Below are positions 20,107 through 30,824 of a DNA stretch of 64,000 bases, piece by piece. Under the pieces are notes generated by a model that was not told the DNA's origin, ran no database searches, and was given only the letters and a program-made list of their open reading frames with translations. Position numbers and translations under genes: made by a program. Source of the DNA: Coleofasciculus chthonoplastes F2-STO-03 (GTDB lineage Bacteria; Cyanobacteriota; Cyanobacteriia; Cyanobacteriales; Coleofasciculaceae); assembly GCA_040222015.1 (NCBI GenBank), contig JAVJWO010000041.1:14823-78822 (forward strand), in the 5' to 3' direction. The stretch's first letter is position 1; each line of letters starts with the position of its first letter.

Positions 20107-22386
20107 CTAGGGTTTTATTGCCTGTTCTTGACTTTCGCCCTGACGTTGACGCAGTAACTTATAACGATTGGATAACACCGTTTCTACAGAGGGCGGTAAA
20201 AACGTAAAGTGAATATAAAACGAATGATCATCACTGAGTTTATCTAACACTTTGGCATAGATATCCTCACTCACTGAGATTAATTTATCCCCGATAAATA
20301 AATTAATCTTTATATTCGTCAAAGGCTTGATAAATTGTTCTGATTTAATCTCGCCACCTTTGGCAGAAAGTTTTACTAAAGTTCCTCGAAAAAATATATC
20401 GCTGACATGCTTGCCTTCCAAAAACGTGTAGTGTAAAGGAATCGGATCGACCAACGGCAGAAATTTTTCTTCCGGTTTAGCTAAAAACAAATAGTAAGGC
20501 TTACCAATTCCGCTCACATCATAAATTGGAATAGGTTGGGGCAATCCTTTGGGTTGAACCCGCATCTTTCCATTAATTCTCACCCCAGATCCAGCCGCAT
20601 TGAGAGTAGACTGAGAAATCAGAATTTGACTGTCTGTCGTATAAGATTCGATGCGATAGGCTAAATTAACCTGAGAGCCCACTACTCCATATTTTGTCCG
20701 TTTCGAGGAGCCAATATTTCCAACTACAACGTCCCCCGTATTAATCCCAATGCCCATAGTCAACGGAGGTAAACCCAGAAGCTTCATGCGTTCGTTAACC
20801 GATGTCATTGCCAACTGCATCGCCACCGCACAAGCGATCGCGCGGCGGGCGTCATCGTCACGAAGCGTCGGCGCACCAAACAGAACTAAAATTCCATCCC
20901 CAAGAAATTCATCAATTGTTCCCTGATATTCAGTAATCACATCCGTCATCGTGGCAAAATAAAAGTTGAGAATATTCACCACCTCTTCTGGCGTTAAACG
21001 TTCAGTTAGGGCAGTAAACCCCCTTAAATCTGACGTTAAGATGGTAATCATGCGCCGTTCGCCACCCAGTTTAGCCCCTTCCGGATTTTCTAAGACATTA
21101 GCAACAACTTCATTGGTGAGATAACGACCAAAAGTTTCGCGGATTTTAGCCACTTGATGGGCAAGATAACTCGTAATCGCAATCACTGAACCCGATAAAG
21201 CCAAAACAGGTGGAATCACGGGAATCCACCATCCGATTAAAAACGCCCCATAAGTACTACCAAATACAATACCCCCTGCGAGGATCAGTCTCAAAAATCG
21301 TTGGACAAATACCCGCCGCCTTTTCCCCTGATACCGTCCCTGCCAGGTGACAATAGCGCCTACAGTAGACCAGAAAAAAATCCATAAATTTTCTTGCAGT
21401 GGAAACCACGTTTGAATTAGGGGGCGTTCTTCTAAAGCCGCACTTAGGATTTGACTGGTAATATTGGCATGTAATTCTACCCCAGACATCCGTTCTGGCA
21501 AAGCGAACCAACTGCTACTGTAGGGTGTGAAAATCCAGTCTTGGAAACTCTCCCCCACAAAGCCGATCAGAATAATGCGATCGCGTCCCCAATCTGGAGG
21601 GATACGATCCTCCAGAATATCATGCAATGAAATCGTTTCAAAGTGTTCCTTGCTCCCTCGATAATTTAATAAAATTTGGTAGCCACCGTCATCCGTGCGA
21701 ACATAACCCCCATCGTTCTTTTTGAAGCGAGAAAACGTGCTTTTTCCTAACTGCCAAGTATTGGGTTCGCCCGGTATAGGTTGGGGGCTAATTCCTTGAG
21801 CATCCAGATAGAGAAGTGCTAGATAAAATCCGAAACTGGGAATAACGTCTCCATTGGTATCTTCAACTTGTAAGAGTGCCCGTCGGATTTTCGTATCGGC
21901 ATCAAAGATGACATCATTAGCGCCCACTTGCCCTTTCGCTTTCAACGCAGGCGGGGCGGCGACAGCATCTTGGCGCTTATCCCCAACCACTTTCTCAATC
22001 CCCACCAGATTAGGGGTTGTTTCAAAGAGGCGAACTAATTCCTGATAACCCGGTTGTACGGGTAAATCCCGATAAACATCCAAACCAATCGCGTTAGGGT
22101 TATGGGTTTTGAGTTTAGCAATAGCTTGGGCATAAATCTGATCCGGAAGAATCGAGCGAGACAGTTGCCCAATTTTTTTCACATCCGCCTCATCAATCCC
22201 CACGATTCCAATTCGCTGATCCAAGGGTTCGGCAGGACGCCAACGCATATACTGGTCATAAGCTGCCCATTCCCAAGTTTGCAGCATCCCCATCCACCGC
22301 AGGAAAATGATCAAACCCGTAACTGTTGGGGTAATGATCCAAACGCCACGCCATTGCCAAAGCCACCGCTTAGAGAATTTATACAT
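20107..22386 (-). CDS. CHASE2-domain class III adenylate/guanylate cyclase
   Basis: CHASE2 (IVGIDE, IGLDVYRD, MSGVELHA), 3 TM, SDLRGFT, IDEFLGDG, VNLAYRIES; start at ATG 22386 or 22410. Confidence 0.92.
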   Translation of the reverse strand: MYKFSKRWLWQWRGVWIITPTVTGLIIFLRWMGMLQTWEWAAYDQYMRWRPAEPLDQRIGIVGIDEADVKKIGQLSRSILPDQIYAQAIAKLKTHNPNAIGLDVYRDLPVQPGYQELVRLFETTPNLVGIEKVVGDKRQDAVAAPPALKAKGQVGANDVIFDADTKIRRALLQVEDTNGDVIPSFGFYLALLYLDAQGISPQPIPGEPNTWQLGKSTFSRFKKNDGGYVRTDDGGYQILLNYRGSKEHFETISLHDILEDRIPPDWGRDRIILIGFVGESFQDWIFTPYSSSWFALPERMSGVELHANITSQILSAALEERPLIQTWFPLQENLWIFFWSTVGAIVTWQGRYQGKRRRVFVQRFLRLILAGGIVFGSTYGAFLIGWWIPVIPPVLALSGSVIAITSYLAHQVAKIRETFGRYLTNEVVANVLENPEGAKLGGERRMITILTSDLRGFTALTERLTPEEVVNILNFYFATMTDVITEYQGTIDEFLGDGILVLFGAPTLRDDDARRAIACAVAMQLAMTSVNERMKLLGLPPLTMGIGINTGDVVVGNIGSSKRTKYGVVGSQVNLAYRIESYTTDSQILISQSTLNAAGSGVRINGKMRVQPKGLPQPIPIYDVSGIGKPYYLFLAKPEEKFLPLVDPIPLHYTFLEGKHVSDIFFRGTLVKLSAKGGEIKSEQFIKPLTNIKINLFIGDKLISVSEDIYAKVLDKLSDDHSFYIHFTFLPPSVETVLSNRYKLLRQRQGESQEQAIKP

Positions 22387-22419
22387 TTGACCCTTCACTT
22401 TGTTGGGCATGGTGCATGA

Positions 22420-22481
22420 GTAGGGGCGGGTTTCACTATTATCGTTTCTTGCCACCCGGATTTTACTCAACCCGCCCCGAC
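22420..22481. repeat. REPIN/MITE-like element, subfamily A, overlapping the DUF928 stop codon
   Basis: GTAGGGGCGGGTTTCACTATTATCGTTT...AACCCGCCCCGAC. Confidence 0.8.
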
Positions 22482-23284
22482 TTAGGGACTTGCTCCTCAG
22501 CATCTTGAGTCTCAACCGAACAGGAGTAAACTAAACAGTCTCTTGAAATATTATCCAACTCCACCGATGTTAATAATTCTTGCATCTCATCGGCGATCGC
22601 GGAGTCATTAGGAAATTGCTGATAGAGTCGAGCTAAAATCATCAGCGTTTCTGCCCAAATCCTTTCTTGAGCATAGTTAGAGGCTTCGTCTTGGAGACGT
22701 TTTTTGATCCCTTCGGGTTCATTAACGAGTTGATCAAGAAGAGTTTTCAGTTCTTCGGCTGGGGTGATTCCCCTCTGAAGAGGTTGACGCTGAATCCACC
22801 CTCGAACAAAATGATCCTTACTGCGATCATCGGGGTTACACACTAAGGCAAATGTCCAAAGATACCGTTTTTCCGTTGCCAGAGATATGTGATCGGGAAG
22901 CTTAAGTTCTACAATACCGGATCTATGGGTTAGGGGTATCCTCGTATAATAAATTTCCTGGTTTTGCTCGTCTAAAAGTAGAAAATCGGCTGACTGGGCT
23001 TTCGTGGGGGGAACATACCAAAATAAGCTAGGGTTGGGGGATATGGTGGTAATTAGATTATTCATTGGCGTTAGCGCCGTTAATCGTATAGTTCCGGTAA
23101 CACAAGATATCCCCCGTTGTCCGCCCCCGCCGGTTCTCTCAGGGGCACCAATATCTTCTCCTTCAGGAAACTTTAAACTAATATCGAACGACTGTGCTTT
23201 GAGTCGAGGTGCGGCGAAAGCCAAGGCTAACCCGAATGTGAGAGTAACCGCACCGAGATAGGTAAAATGCTTGAAACCACCCAT
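22463..23284 (-). CDS. DUF928 domain-containing exported protein
   Basis: GAPERTGGGGQRG, TISPNPSLFWYVP, YLWTFALVC..DRS, GWIQR; typical partner of CHASE2 genes. Confidence 0.88.
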   Translation of the reverse strand: MGGFKHFTYLGAVTLTFGLALAFAAPRLKAQSFDISLKFPEGEDIGAPERTGGGGQRGISCVTGTIRLTALTPMNNLITTISPNPSLFWYVPPTKAQSADFLLLDEQNQEIYYTRIPLTHRSGIVELKLPDHISLATEKRYLWTFALVCNPDDRSKDHFVRGWIQRQPLQRGITPAEELKTLLDQLVNEPEGIKKRLQDEASNYAQERIWAETLMILARLYQQFPNDSAIADEMQELLTSVELDNISRDCLVYSCSVETQDAEEQVPKSGRVE

Positions 23285-23595
23285 GGTATAACCTTCTCCT
23301 AATCTAATTCTGAGATCTATTGCCACAGTCGCTTTAAATTCGTATATATGACGGTTACGCCAACCCTCCGTTCCGAACGGGGTTGTTGGTCACTCAGAAA
23401 AAGCCTGTGATTCAATTTAAGTTCTCCCACCCCGGGCGAGACTGTTTTAATATACTGCTTGTCTATATTTTATGTTGGTTGGGGCGGAAGTTTGAGGGAA
23501 TTGACCTCCTGGGTGTGCCTGGCATCAGACCAAAGACTAATGACTAACGAACAATGACGTGTTAGCGTTAGCCTAGCAAGCTTATTGTGTCTCCC

Positions 23596-25368
23596 ATGAA
23601 ACTTGCGATCGCACAACTCAATCCCACGATTGGCGACTTAACCAGCAATGCCCAAAAAATCCTTGATGCGGCGAATCAAGCAGCGCGTCAGGGTGTCCGC
23701 CTCTTATTGACGCCGGAACTCTCCCTCTGTGGATATCCGCCGCGAGATTTACTATTAAATCCCAGTTTTATGGAGTCCATGGCAGACTGTCTGGACAATT
23801 TAGCCCAGCAGTTACCCTCAACTCTAGCGGTTTTGGTGGGAACGGTGACAGCGAATCCTAAAGCGGAGAGTTCGGGAGGTAAACCTTTATTTAATAGTAT
23901 TGCCCTGTTGGAGGGCGGTAAGGTACAGCAGGTGTTTCATAAGCGCTTGTTGCCCACCTATGATGTCTTTGATGAGAACCGTTATTTTGAAGCTGGAGTC
24001 CAGAGTAATTCCTTTACCTTAGAGGCAGAGTCAGCTACCCCGATTAAAATTGGCGTGACGATTTGCGAGGATCTCTGGAACGATGAGGAATTTTGGGGAA
24101 AGCGCACGTATCAGTTCAATCCCATTACCGACTTAATCCAGCAGCAGGTTGACTTAATTGTGAATCTTTCCGCCTCGCCCTATAGTGTGGGCAAGCAACA
24201 ACTGCGGGAAGCTATGTTGCAACATAGTGCCAAGCGTTATCAGCAACCGATTCTCTACACCAATCAGGTTGGGGGAAATGACGACTTAATCTTTGATGGA
24301 AACAGTGTGGGATTTAACCGCGCCGGGGAAATGGTTTGTCGCGCCTCGGCTTTTGCTACCGATATTTTGGTGGTAGAGTTTGATCCACTCCAACGAGATT
24401 TACGCCAGAGTGCGATCGCACCCGCCCCAGACAGTACCAACGCTCAAATCTGGTTCGCCCTAGTTCTAGGCATCCGAGACTATGCCCGTAAATGTGGCTT
24501 TAAACGAGTGGTGATTGGTTTGAGTGGGGGAATTGATTCATCCCTCGTCGCTGCTCTTGCCACGGAAGCCTTGGGCAGGGAGAATGTACTCGGTGTGCTT
24601 ATGCCATCTCCCCATTCGTCTGAACACTCGATCGATGATGCCCTGGCGTTAGCCAAAAATTTAGGGATTAAAACCCATACCTTGCCCATTGGTGATTTAA
24701 TGCAGGGGTATGACCAAACCTTAGAACCCCTATTTGCCGGAACTGAATTTGGCACAGCGGAGGAAAATATTCAAGCCCGGATTCGGGGAAACTTGTTAAT
24801 GGCGATCGCGAATAAGTTTGACTATCTGCTAATCTCAACGGGGAATAAGTCAGAGATGGCAGTAGGATACTGTACGCTCTATGGGGATATGAACGGTGGA
24901 TTAGCCGCGATCGCAGATGTTCCCAAAACCCGTGTCTATTCCCTCTGTCAATGGCTGAATTCCACGAAAGTGAAAAAACAGGAAAGCCAAGCCACCCCAG
25001 ATCAATTACCAGAGCAATTACCAGAGCAATTACCAGATACTCAACCAGAAATTATTCCGGCGAATGTCTTAGCCAAACCTCCCAGCGCTGAACTCAAACC
25101 GGATCAAACTGACCAAGACTCGTTACCGTCTTATGACATCTTGGATGATATCTTACAACGCCTGATTCATGACCATCAATCTGCCCCCCAAATCATCGAC
25201 GCCGGACATGATCCAGAAATCGTCCATAAAGTGATGCGAATGGTAGCGCGGGCAGAATTCAAGCGCCGCCAAGCACCACCAGGATTAAAGATTACGGATC
25301 GGGCATTTGGTACAGGTTGGCGGATGCCCATCGCCAGTCGTTGGGTGGCGGTGAAAAAATCTATCTAA
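23596..25368 (+). CDS. nadE: Glutamine-dependent NAD+ synthetase
   Basis: Nitrilase domain (PELSLCGYPP, K in HKRLLPTY, ICEDLW) plus SGGIDS, ENIQARIRG, TGNKSE, PPSAEL. Confidence 0.95.
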   Translation: MKLAIAQLNPTIGDLTSNAQKILDAANQAARQGVRLLLTPELSLCGYPPRDLLLNPSFMESMADCLDNLAQQLPSTLAVLVGTVTANPKAESSGGKPLFNSIALLEGGKVQQVFHKRLLPTYDVFDENRYFEAGVQSNSFTLEAESATPIKIGVTICEDLWNDEEFWGKRTYQFNPITDLIQQQVDLIVNLSASPYSVGKQQLREAMLQHSAKRYQQPILYTNQVGGNDDLIFDGNSVGFNRAGEMVCRASAFATDILVVEFDPLQRDLRQSAIAPAPDSTNAQIWFALVLGIRDYARKCGFKRVVIGLSGGIDSSLVAALATEALGRENVLGVLMPSPHSSEHSIDDALALAKNLGIKTHTLPIGDLMQGYDQTLEPLFAGTEFGTAEENIQARIRGNLLMAIANKFDYLLISTGNKSEMAVGYCTLYGDMNGGLAAIADVPKTRVYSLCQWLNSTKVKKQESQATPDQLPEQLPEQLPDTQPEIIPANVLAKPPSAELKPDQTDQDSLPSYDILDDILQRLIHDHQSAPQIIDAGHDPEIVHKVMRMVARAEFKRRQAPPGLKITDRAFGTGWRMPIASRWVAVKKSI

Positions 25369-25471
25369 TGATAGAACTCAAACTTTACATGGCGATAGAT
25401 GTATATCATGAAATGTATATTATACTGAGTGACGTAGCAATCTTTTTGATAACGACCAAAAACACTGAACT

Positions 25472-26170
25472 ATGCATCTCAAAACAACCTCAACATTTCT
25501 CGGATTAGCCGTTGGCAGTGCTTTAGCTCTGTCTGCCATGCCCGCTGGAGCAGCAACATTTGGCAATAATGGTATCCAATTTGATCAAGATACCGAAGTA
25601 ACATTCGACTTCACCGGCTCTAATGGTAAATTTGGGTCAATGTTTGGAGTGGTACTCGAAAGTAACCCGAATAACATCCTCCCGCCTGTACTCTTTGCCG
25701 AAAATCCTGCCTTTGATCCAGGACCCATTGGCGATTTTCAAGGCACATGCGGTGTTGTTATTCCTAACCCTTGCACAGCTACCTTTACCTTTTTGGCAGG
25801 TGAAAGCTATAGCTTGGCTCTCAAATCTCCTAACGGAACCGTCTACTCAACCGATAGCCTGAATCCTCTCGATCCGGCAAATCCTGCTACTCCCCAAACG
25901 CGCCAGTTTGTCTTTTTCCAGGATGAAACAACCCTACCACCTCTGGCAAACGAATCAGGTGAAGGATCAGTTGATCCGTTTGACAAATTCGCTATTCTTA
26001 TCGAGGATAAGGGAGGTAGTCGCGACTTCAATGACTTCCGCCTCACAGCTATGGCAACTGAATCCGATTCTCCTGCATCTATCCCTGAACCAGCCACATT
26101 AGCCGGATTAGGATTAGTAGCTGGTTCATTAACGCTGATCCGTCGTCGCCAAACGAACAAGAAGTCTTAG
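25472..26170 (+). CDS. PEP-CTERM sorting domain protein
   Basis: Signal peptide; C-terminal IPEP + TM helix + RRR. Confidence 0.9.
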   Translation: MHLKTTSTFLGLAVGSALALSAMPAGAATFGNNGIQFDQDTEVTFDFTGSNGKFGSMFGVVLESNPNNILPPVLFAENPAFDPGPIGDFQGTCGVVIPNPCTATFTFLAGESYSLALKSPNGTVYSTDSLNPLDPANPATPQTRQFVFFQDETTLPPLANESGEGSVDPFDKFAILIEDKGGSRDFNDFRLTAMATESDSPASIPEPATLAGLGLVAGSLTLIRRRQTNKKS

Positions 26171-26197
26171 TCAGATAGTCGTTGCGTTTATCGTCAG

Positions 26198-26224
26198 TAG
26201 GGGTTTGGTTACCAAACCCCTTTT
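26198..26224 (+). terminator. Rho-independent terminator
   Basis: AGGGGTTTGG-TTA-CCAAACCCCT-TTT. Confidence 0.7.
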
Positions 26225-26349
26225 GGTTCCCAAGACCCTACTATTAAATTTTATTGAGGATTATGTAATTGTTCGTCAAGAATCCATGAGAAAAAGGTGA
26301 AGATCAAAGGGAATACAGCGTAATCGCATTTCCCAAATCCCCTTTTCCC

Positions 26350-28206
26350 ATGAAGATTCTAATAGTAGATGATGATCCAGCGACAGCTTCACCCCTAATT
26401 GAAGCACTCACCGCCCATCACTACACCATTGAAGCCGCAACTAATGCCGAACATGGACTGGAACTCGTTCAAACCTCTCACTATGACTTAGCTGTCTTGG
26501 ATGTTACCCCCCAAAACCTAGAGGGTATTCATCTGTGTCAAAAACTGCGCCATCAAGGTTCTCAAATGCCAATTCTCCTCGTCAGCCCCAAAGGAAGTAG
26601 CGCCGATCGCATTCGCGGATTAGAAGCAGGTGCGGATGATTATGTGATTAAACCCTATGATCTGTGCGAATTGATGGCGCGAATTCGGGCATTATTGCGG
26701 CGGCGTCACTCCACGGTATCAAAGGTGTTGACTTGGGAGAAGCTGCGGCTAGAACCGGATACGGCTGAAGTCACCTATAAAGGCGAATTATTACACCTAA
26801 CGCCTAAAGAATACGGATTGTTAGAACTATTCCTGCGTCATCCTCGACGTATTTTTAGCCGTGGTGCTATCCTCGATCACATCTGGTCGAGTGATGAATT
26901 TCCCGGTGAGGAAGCCGTAACCACCCAAATTAAAGGGTTGCGGCAAAAACTGAAAGCTGCCGGGATAAAATTTAATGTAATTGAGACAGTATACGGCATA
27001 GGGTATCGCCTCAAAGATGCACCCACTAAGGAACAAGAGGACAAACAAGTCAGGGAAAAAGTAGCAGATGGCACGTCTGAAGCGAAAGTCATGGCGGCGG
27101 TTGCCAAAATTTGGCAAAAGTTCAAAGAAAGCCTCCCGGAAAAAATAGACGTATTTAGGCAAGTGAGTGTAACTCTGGCGACAGGAACCCTGAATCAACA
27201 ACTCTGTGAGAATGCCAAAATGGAAGCCCACCGATTAGTGGGTTCATTAGGATCGTTTGGTTGTGCAGAGGGTTCTAAAATCGCCCGCGAAATTGAACAG
27301 CTTTTACAGACTCCAATCCAAACAACGCCCCAAGATGCCCATAAGCTAAAGCATTTAATTGACTCCCTGCAACAGGCGATCGCCACCAAATCCACCCTTG
27401 ATCAGGTTACACCCCCTACCAGTGATCTGCCCTCGGCTTCTACTTCCCCAGCCCGACTATTAGTCATTGATGATGATCAGATCCTCAGCCAACATATCGA
27501 AATCGAAGCAAAAGCCTGGGGATTACAGGTAGATAGCGCCCCCCATCTCCAAGCCGCCAAACGAGCGATCGCACTCCATCCTCCCGATGTAATCTTACTG
27601 GATCTCACCTTTGCTGACACCCAAGAAAACGGCTTTGAACTCTTAGCAGAACTCGCTAACCAACACTCAGACATTCCCGTATTAATCTTTTCCAGTCAAA
27701 ACCACTTAAGCAGTCGAGTCAAAGCCGCCCGTTTAGGCGCTGCTACCTTTTTACAGAAACCCATGACTCCCCCAGAAATTTTGCAAGCGGTGACTCAAGC
27801 AATTAATCAGCAGAAATCGGGGGAAGCTAACGTCTTAGTCGTGGATGATGACCCACAAATCCTAGCCCTGCTGCGTCATTTACTACAACCTTGGGGACTA
27901 AACGTCACCACTTTGGCACATCCCCAACGCTTCTGGGATGTCCTAGAAACTGTATCTCCCGACTTACTAATTTTAGACGTAGAAATGCCGGAATATAGTG
28001 GCATTGAGTTATGTCAGGTTGTTCGTCATGACTTACGCTGGAGTCATTTGCCTGTATTATTTCTCTCCGCCCATACCGAAGTGCAAACGGTACAGCAAGT
28101 TTTTACAGTTGGTGCAGATGACTATATCAAAAAACCCATTGTGGAAGCTGAACTGATTACCCGTGTGCTAAATCGTCTAGAACGTCGATCCAGTAATAGC
28201 AGTTAG
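26350..28206 (+). CDS. Multi-domain response regulator REC-wHTH-HPt-REC-REC (RcaC-like architecture)
   Basis: OmpR-type N-terminus (LTPKEYGLLE, IETVYGIGY), HPt EAHRLVGSLGSFG, two further receiver domains. Confidence 0.9.
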   Translation: MKILIVDDDPATASPLIEALTAHHYTIEAATNAEHGLELVQTSHYDLAVLDVTPQNLEGIHLCQKLRHQGSQMPILLVSPKGSSADRIRGLEAGADDYVIKPYDLCELMARIRALLRRRHSTVSKVLTWEKLRLEPDTAEVTYKGELLHLTPKEYGLLELFLRHPRRIFSRGAILDHIWSSDEFPGEEAVTTQIKGLRQKLKAAGIKFNVIETVYGIGYRLKDAPTKEQEDKQVREKVADGTSEAKVMAAVAKIWQKFKESLPEKIDVFRQVSVTLATGTLNQQLCENAKMEAHRLVGSLGSFGCAEGSKIAREIEQLLQTPIQTTPQDAHKLKHLIDSLQQAIATKSTLDQVTPPTSDLPSASTSPARLLVIDDDQILSQHIEIEAKAWGLQVDSAPHLQAAKRAIALHPPDVILLDLTFADTQENGFELLAELANQHSDIPVLIFSSQNHLSSRVKAARLGAATFLQKPMTPPEILQAVTQAINQQKSGEANVLVVDDDPQILALLRHLLQPWGLNVTTLAHPQRFWDVLETVSPDLLILDVEMPEYSGIELCQVVRHDLRWSHLPVLFLSAHTEVQTVQQVFTVGADDYIKKPIVEAELITRVLNRLERRSSNSS

Positions 28207-28219
28207 TGCAATACTGCAA

Positions 28220-28358
28220 GGGATAGGAAGATGGGGAAGATGAGGGAGATGGGGAAGATGGGGAGATAGGAGACAAAATTTCTATAGCCTATTATCCTGT
28301 TCCCTATTCCCTGTTCCCTGTTCCCTAACAAATGACGAATGACAAATGACAAATGACT
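28220..28358. repeat. Mixed short tandem repeats (GGGAAGATG, TTCCCTG, AAATGAC)
   Basis: Read directly between convergent genes. Confidence 0.85.
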
Positions 28359-29091
28359 AAGCCAAACGTTGTCCAATCGCTTTGAGGGCAAACTGTGGTA
28401 ACACCATCATCCGCCGCCAGCGCCAAGGTTCTTGATAGAGTCGATACAGCCATTCCAAATGATTATTCCGCAACCAGACAGGCGCACGGGTTTTAATCCC
28501 AGCCCAGATATCAAAGCTACCGCCAACGCCAATCCAAATCGCTTGAGGACATAAATGTCGATTTTGGGCAATCCACAACTCTTGACGGGGAACCCCTAAA
28601 CCGACCAAAATTAATGGCGGTTGTTCTTTTGCCAACCTGACTTTGAGTTGATCTTCGGCTTCTGGGGACAGATAGCCATCTTCAATTCCGGCGATCGCGA
28701 GTTTCGGGTATTGTTCTTGCCATATCTTCGCTGCTGTTTGAGCAATACCCGGTTTACCCCCATAGAAAAAAACCGGATAAGACTCACCCAATTCTCCCGC
28801 CTGTCGCAATAACGATTCTGCCAACTCAATTCCCGGACAACGTTGCTGTCGGATACCGTGGAGGAGTAAGTAAAGGATGACACCCGCACCATCCGGGACA
28901 ACTAATTCTGCTTGTTGGATTGAATGTGCCAAACCTGGATTACACTCCGCCTGCATCACCATTTCTGCATTCAATGTCACCACATGACACCCTAGGTTTA
29001 GAGTAAGGCGATTACCCAGCCAGCGATCGTACTCTTGGAGTCGGTGAACAGGTAGTCCCATGACAGGGAAAGGCTTCGGTGTCTCACACAT
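28357..29091 (-). CDS. WecB/TagA/CpsF family glycosyltransferase
   Basis: VVTLNAE, VVPDGAGV, LGVPRQE, GVGGSFD, EWLYRLYQEPWRWRR. Confidence 0.93.
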   Translation of the reverse strand: MCETPKPFPVMGLPVHRLQEYDRWLGNRLTLNLGCHVVTLNAEMVMQAECNPGLAHSIQQAELVVPDGAGVILYLLLHGIRQQRCPGIELAESLLRQAGELGESYPVFFYGGKPGIAQTAAKIWQEQYPKLAIAGIEDGYLSPEAEDQLKVRLAKEQPPLILVGLGVPRQELWIAQNRHLCPQAIWIGVGGSFDIWAGIKTRAPVWLRNNHLEWLYRLYQEPWRWRRMMVLPQFALKAIGQRLA

Positions 29092-29562
29092 AATCAGTTT
29101 GTTGCTTATCCTCCCATCAAATTAACACTTAGGAGACTATCTGATCCGGACAATGGACGCTAGCCTCGGATTGAGCTTGAGCAAGCGGCGGCGAAAAATG
29201 AGAAGAGACGCGATACTTCGCGCCTCTGAAATCTATCTCTACTGGAATTGTCTAACTAGATGGCTCTTTTGACCCAGCGATCTGGGTAGAAGCCAAGTGG
29301 TGTGAAGGGGCATTCCCATTACCCTTGAGTCCACTTGTCTGTTACTTCTGTTATAAGAGAAAATCTGTAAAGATAGTAACAACTTGAGTCGATCCATTGT
29401 AAAGATTTCAACAAGATTATCATTGGTCTTATGGTCTTTGTCCTTGGTCATCGGTATGTCCTGCCTCATTCTCATACTCAATCGGGGTTAACTAATTATC
29501 TGGATGCGATCGCGCTACGAATGTTAAATTAGGGCTGTTCTCGCTTATCCTTAAACCCAGAC

Positions 29563-30792
29563 ATGCTCAAACCTGAACTTCTCGCCCCAGCGAAGAATCT
29601 GGAACGGTTAAAAGTCGCCATTGCTTATGGTGCAGATGCGGTATATCTAGGGGGACAAAACTATGGATTGCGGGCGCGTGCGGATAATTTTACGGATTCT
29701 GAGTTAGCCCACGGTGTAGCATTTGCCCATCACCATGATGCCAAAATTTACGTCACGCTGAACGCCTTTCTCCACGATGCAGACTTTCAGGGACTCCCCG
29801 ACTATTGCCAGTTTCTGGAATCTATTGGCGTTGATGGGGTAATTGTTTCCGATTTAGGCGTTATCCGAGTGGTTAAAACGAGTTCAAATCTCCATATTCA
29901 CCTTTCCACTCAAGCCTCTTGTCTCAATTCCTACAGCGCCCGTTTGTGGAAAGACATGGGAGTCAAGCGCTTAATTGTTGGTCGAGAACTCAGTATTACT
30001 GAAGCGGGTTTAATTGGAGCAAAATCCGGTATTGACGTGGAGATGTTTACCCACGGTGCAATGTGTATGGCGTATTCGGGTCATTGCACAATCTCTAATT
30101 TTACCGCAGGTCGCGACTCTAATCGGGGCGGATGTATCCAATCCTGTCGATTACCCTATCACTTACAACGTCAGGAGCAGCAAGCTGATGATTTAGTCAG
30201 CTTCATGTCGTCCAGAGATTTGTGGGGAATTTATCAGATTAGCGAGTTTTTTAGCCATAATATTTGCTCGCTAAAAATAGAAGGACGGATGAAATCATCG
30301 TTCTATGTCGCCCTAACCTGTAAGGTTTATCGCCAATTAATTGATGCTTATGCTGCTGGGAGATTAGATGAACAGTTACTCAGCCAAGCCGCAGCCGAAC
30401 TGCAATCAATTCCTAACCGAGACTATTTTTCCGGTTCCTTAGAAACACCAGCCGATAAAGATTCAGTCTTTGGACAGTTATCGGGAATTAATACAGGAAC
30501 CCACTCTTATTTAGGCATGGTTATGGATACAACGCCGCAAGAGATTATTTTACGGTTACTTGAACCGTTAGCCGTCGGGGATGAAATTGAAATTATCCCG
30601 TTTCAAGACAAACCGATACGCTGGCAAGTTAATCAGCTTTTTTCGATGACAGGTGAACGCTTAGAGTCGATGCGAAAGGACAGTCTTGTGCGCTTACCCA
30701 AACCGGATGACTCCGTGCGATCGCACAATATCACCAAATTAAATGTCGTTCGATTCACCCATTCCCCTGTAACCGTTGCTAGTAAAGTCTGA
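29563..30792 (+). CDS. trhP: Peptidase U32 family protein, TrhP/YrrO-like prephenate-dependent tRNA U34 hydroxylase
   Basis: KPELLAPA, YGADAVYLGG, HLSTQA, RELS, HGAMCMAYSGHC...NRGGCIQSCR (4-Cys Fe-S motif), SLKIEGRMKS; context with cmoA/cmoB. Confidence 0.8.
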   Translation: MLKPELLAPAKNLERLKVAIAYGADAVYLGGQNYGLRARADNFTDSELAHGVAFAHHHDAKIYVTLNAFLHDADFQGLPDYCQFLESIGVDGVIVSDLGVIRVVKTSSNLHIHLSTQASCLNSYSARLWKDMGVKRLIVGRELSITEAGLIGAKSGIDVEMFTHGAMCMAYSGHCTISNFTAGRDSNRGGCIQSCRLPYHLQRQEQQADDLVSFMSSRDLWGIYQISEFFSHNICSLKIEGRMKSSFYVALTCKVYRQLIDAYAAGRLDEQLLSQAAAELQSIPNRDYFSGSLETPADKDSVFGQLSGINTGTHSYLGMVMDTTPQEIILRLLEPLAVGDEIEIIPFQDKPIRWQVNQLFSMTGERLESMRKDSLVRLPKPDDSVRSHNITKLNVVRFTHSPVTVASKV

Positions 30793-30824
30793 ACTAGGAA
30801 TTCCCTGTTCCCTGAGAAATAACA

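Noticed and set aside
24997..25038. 12-bp tandem repeat (QLPE x3) within nadE
   Set aside because: In-frame expansion in a variable loop; catalytic motifs are unaffected.
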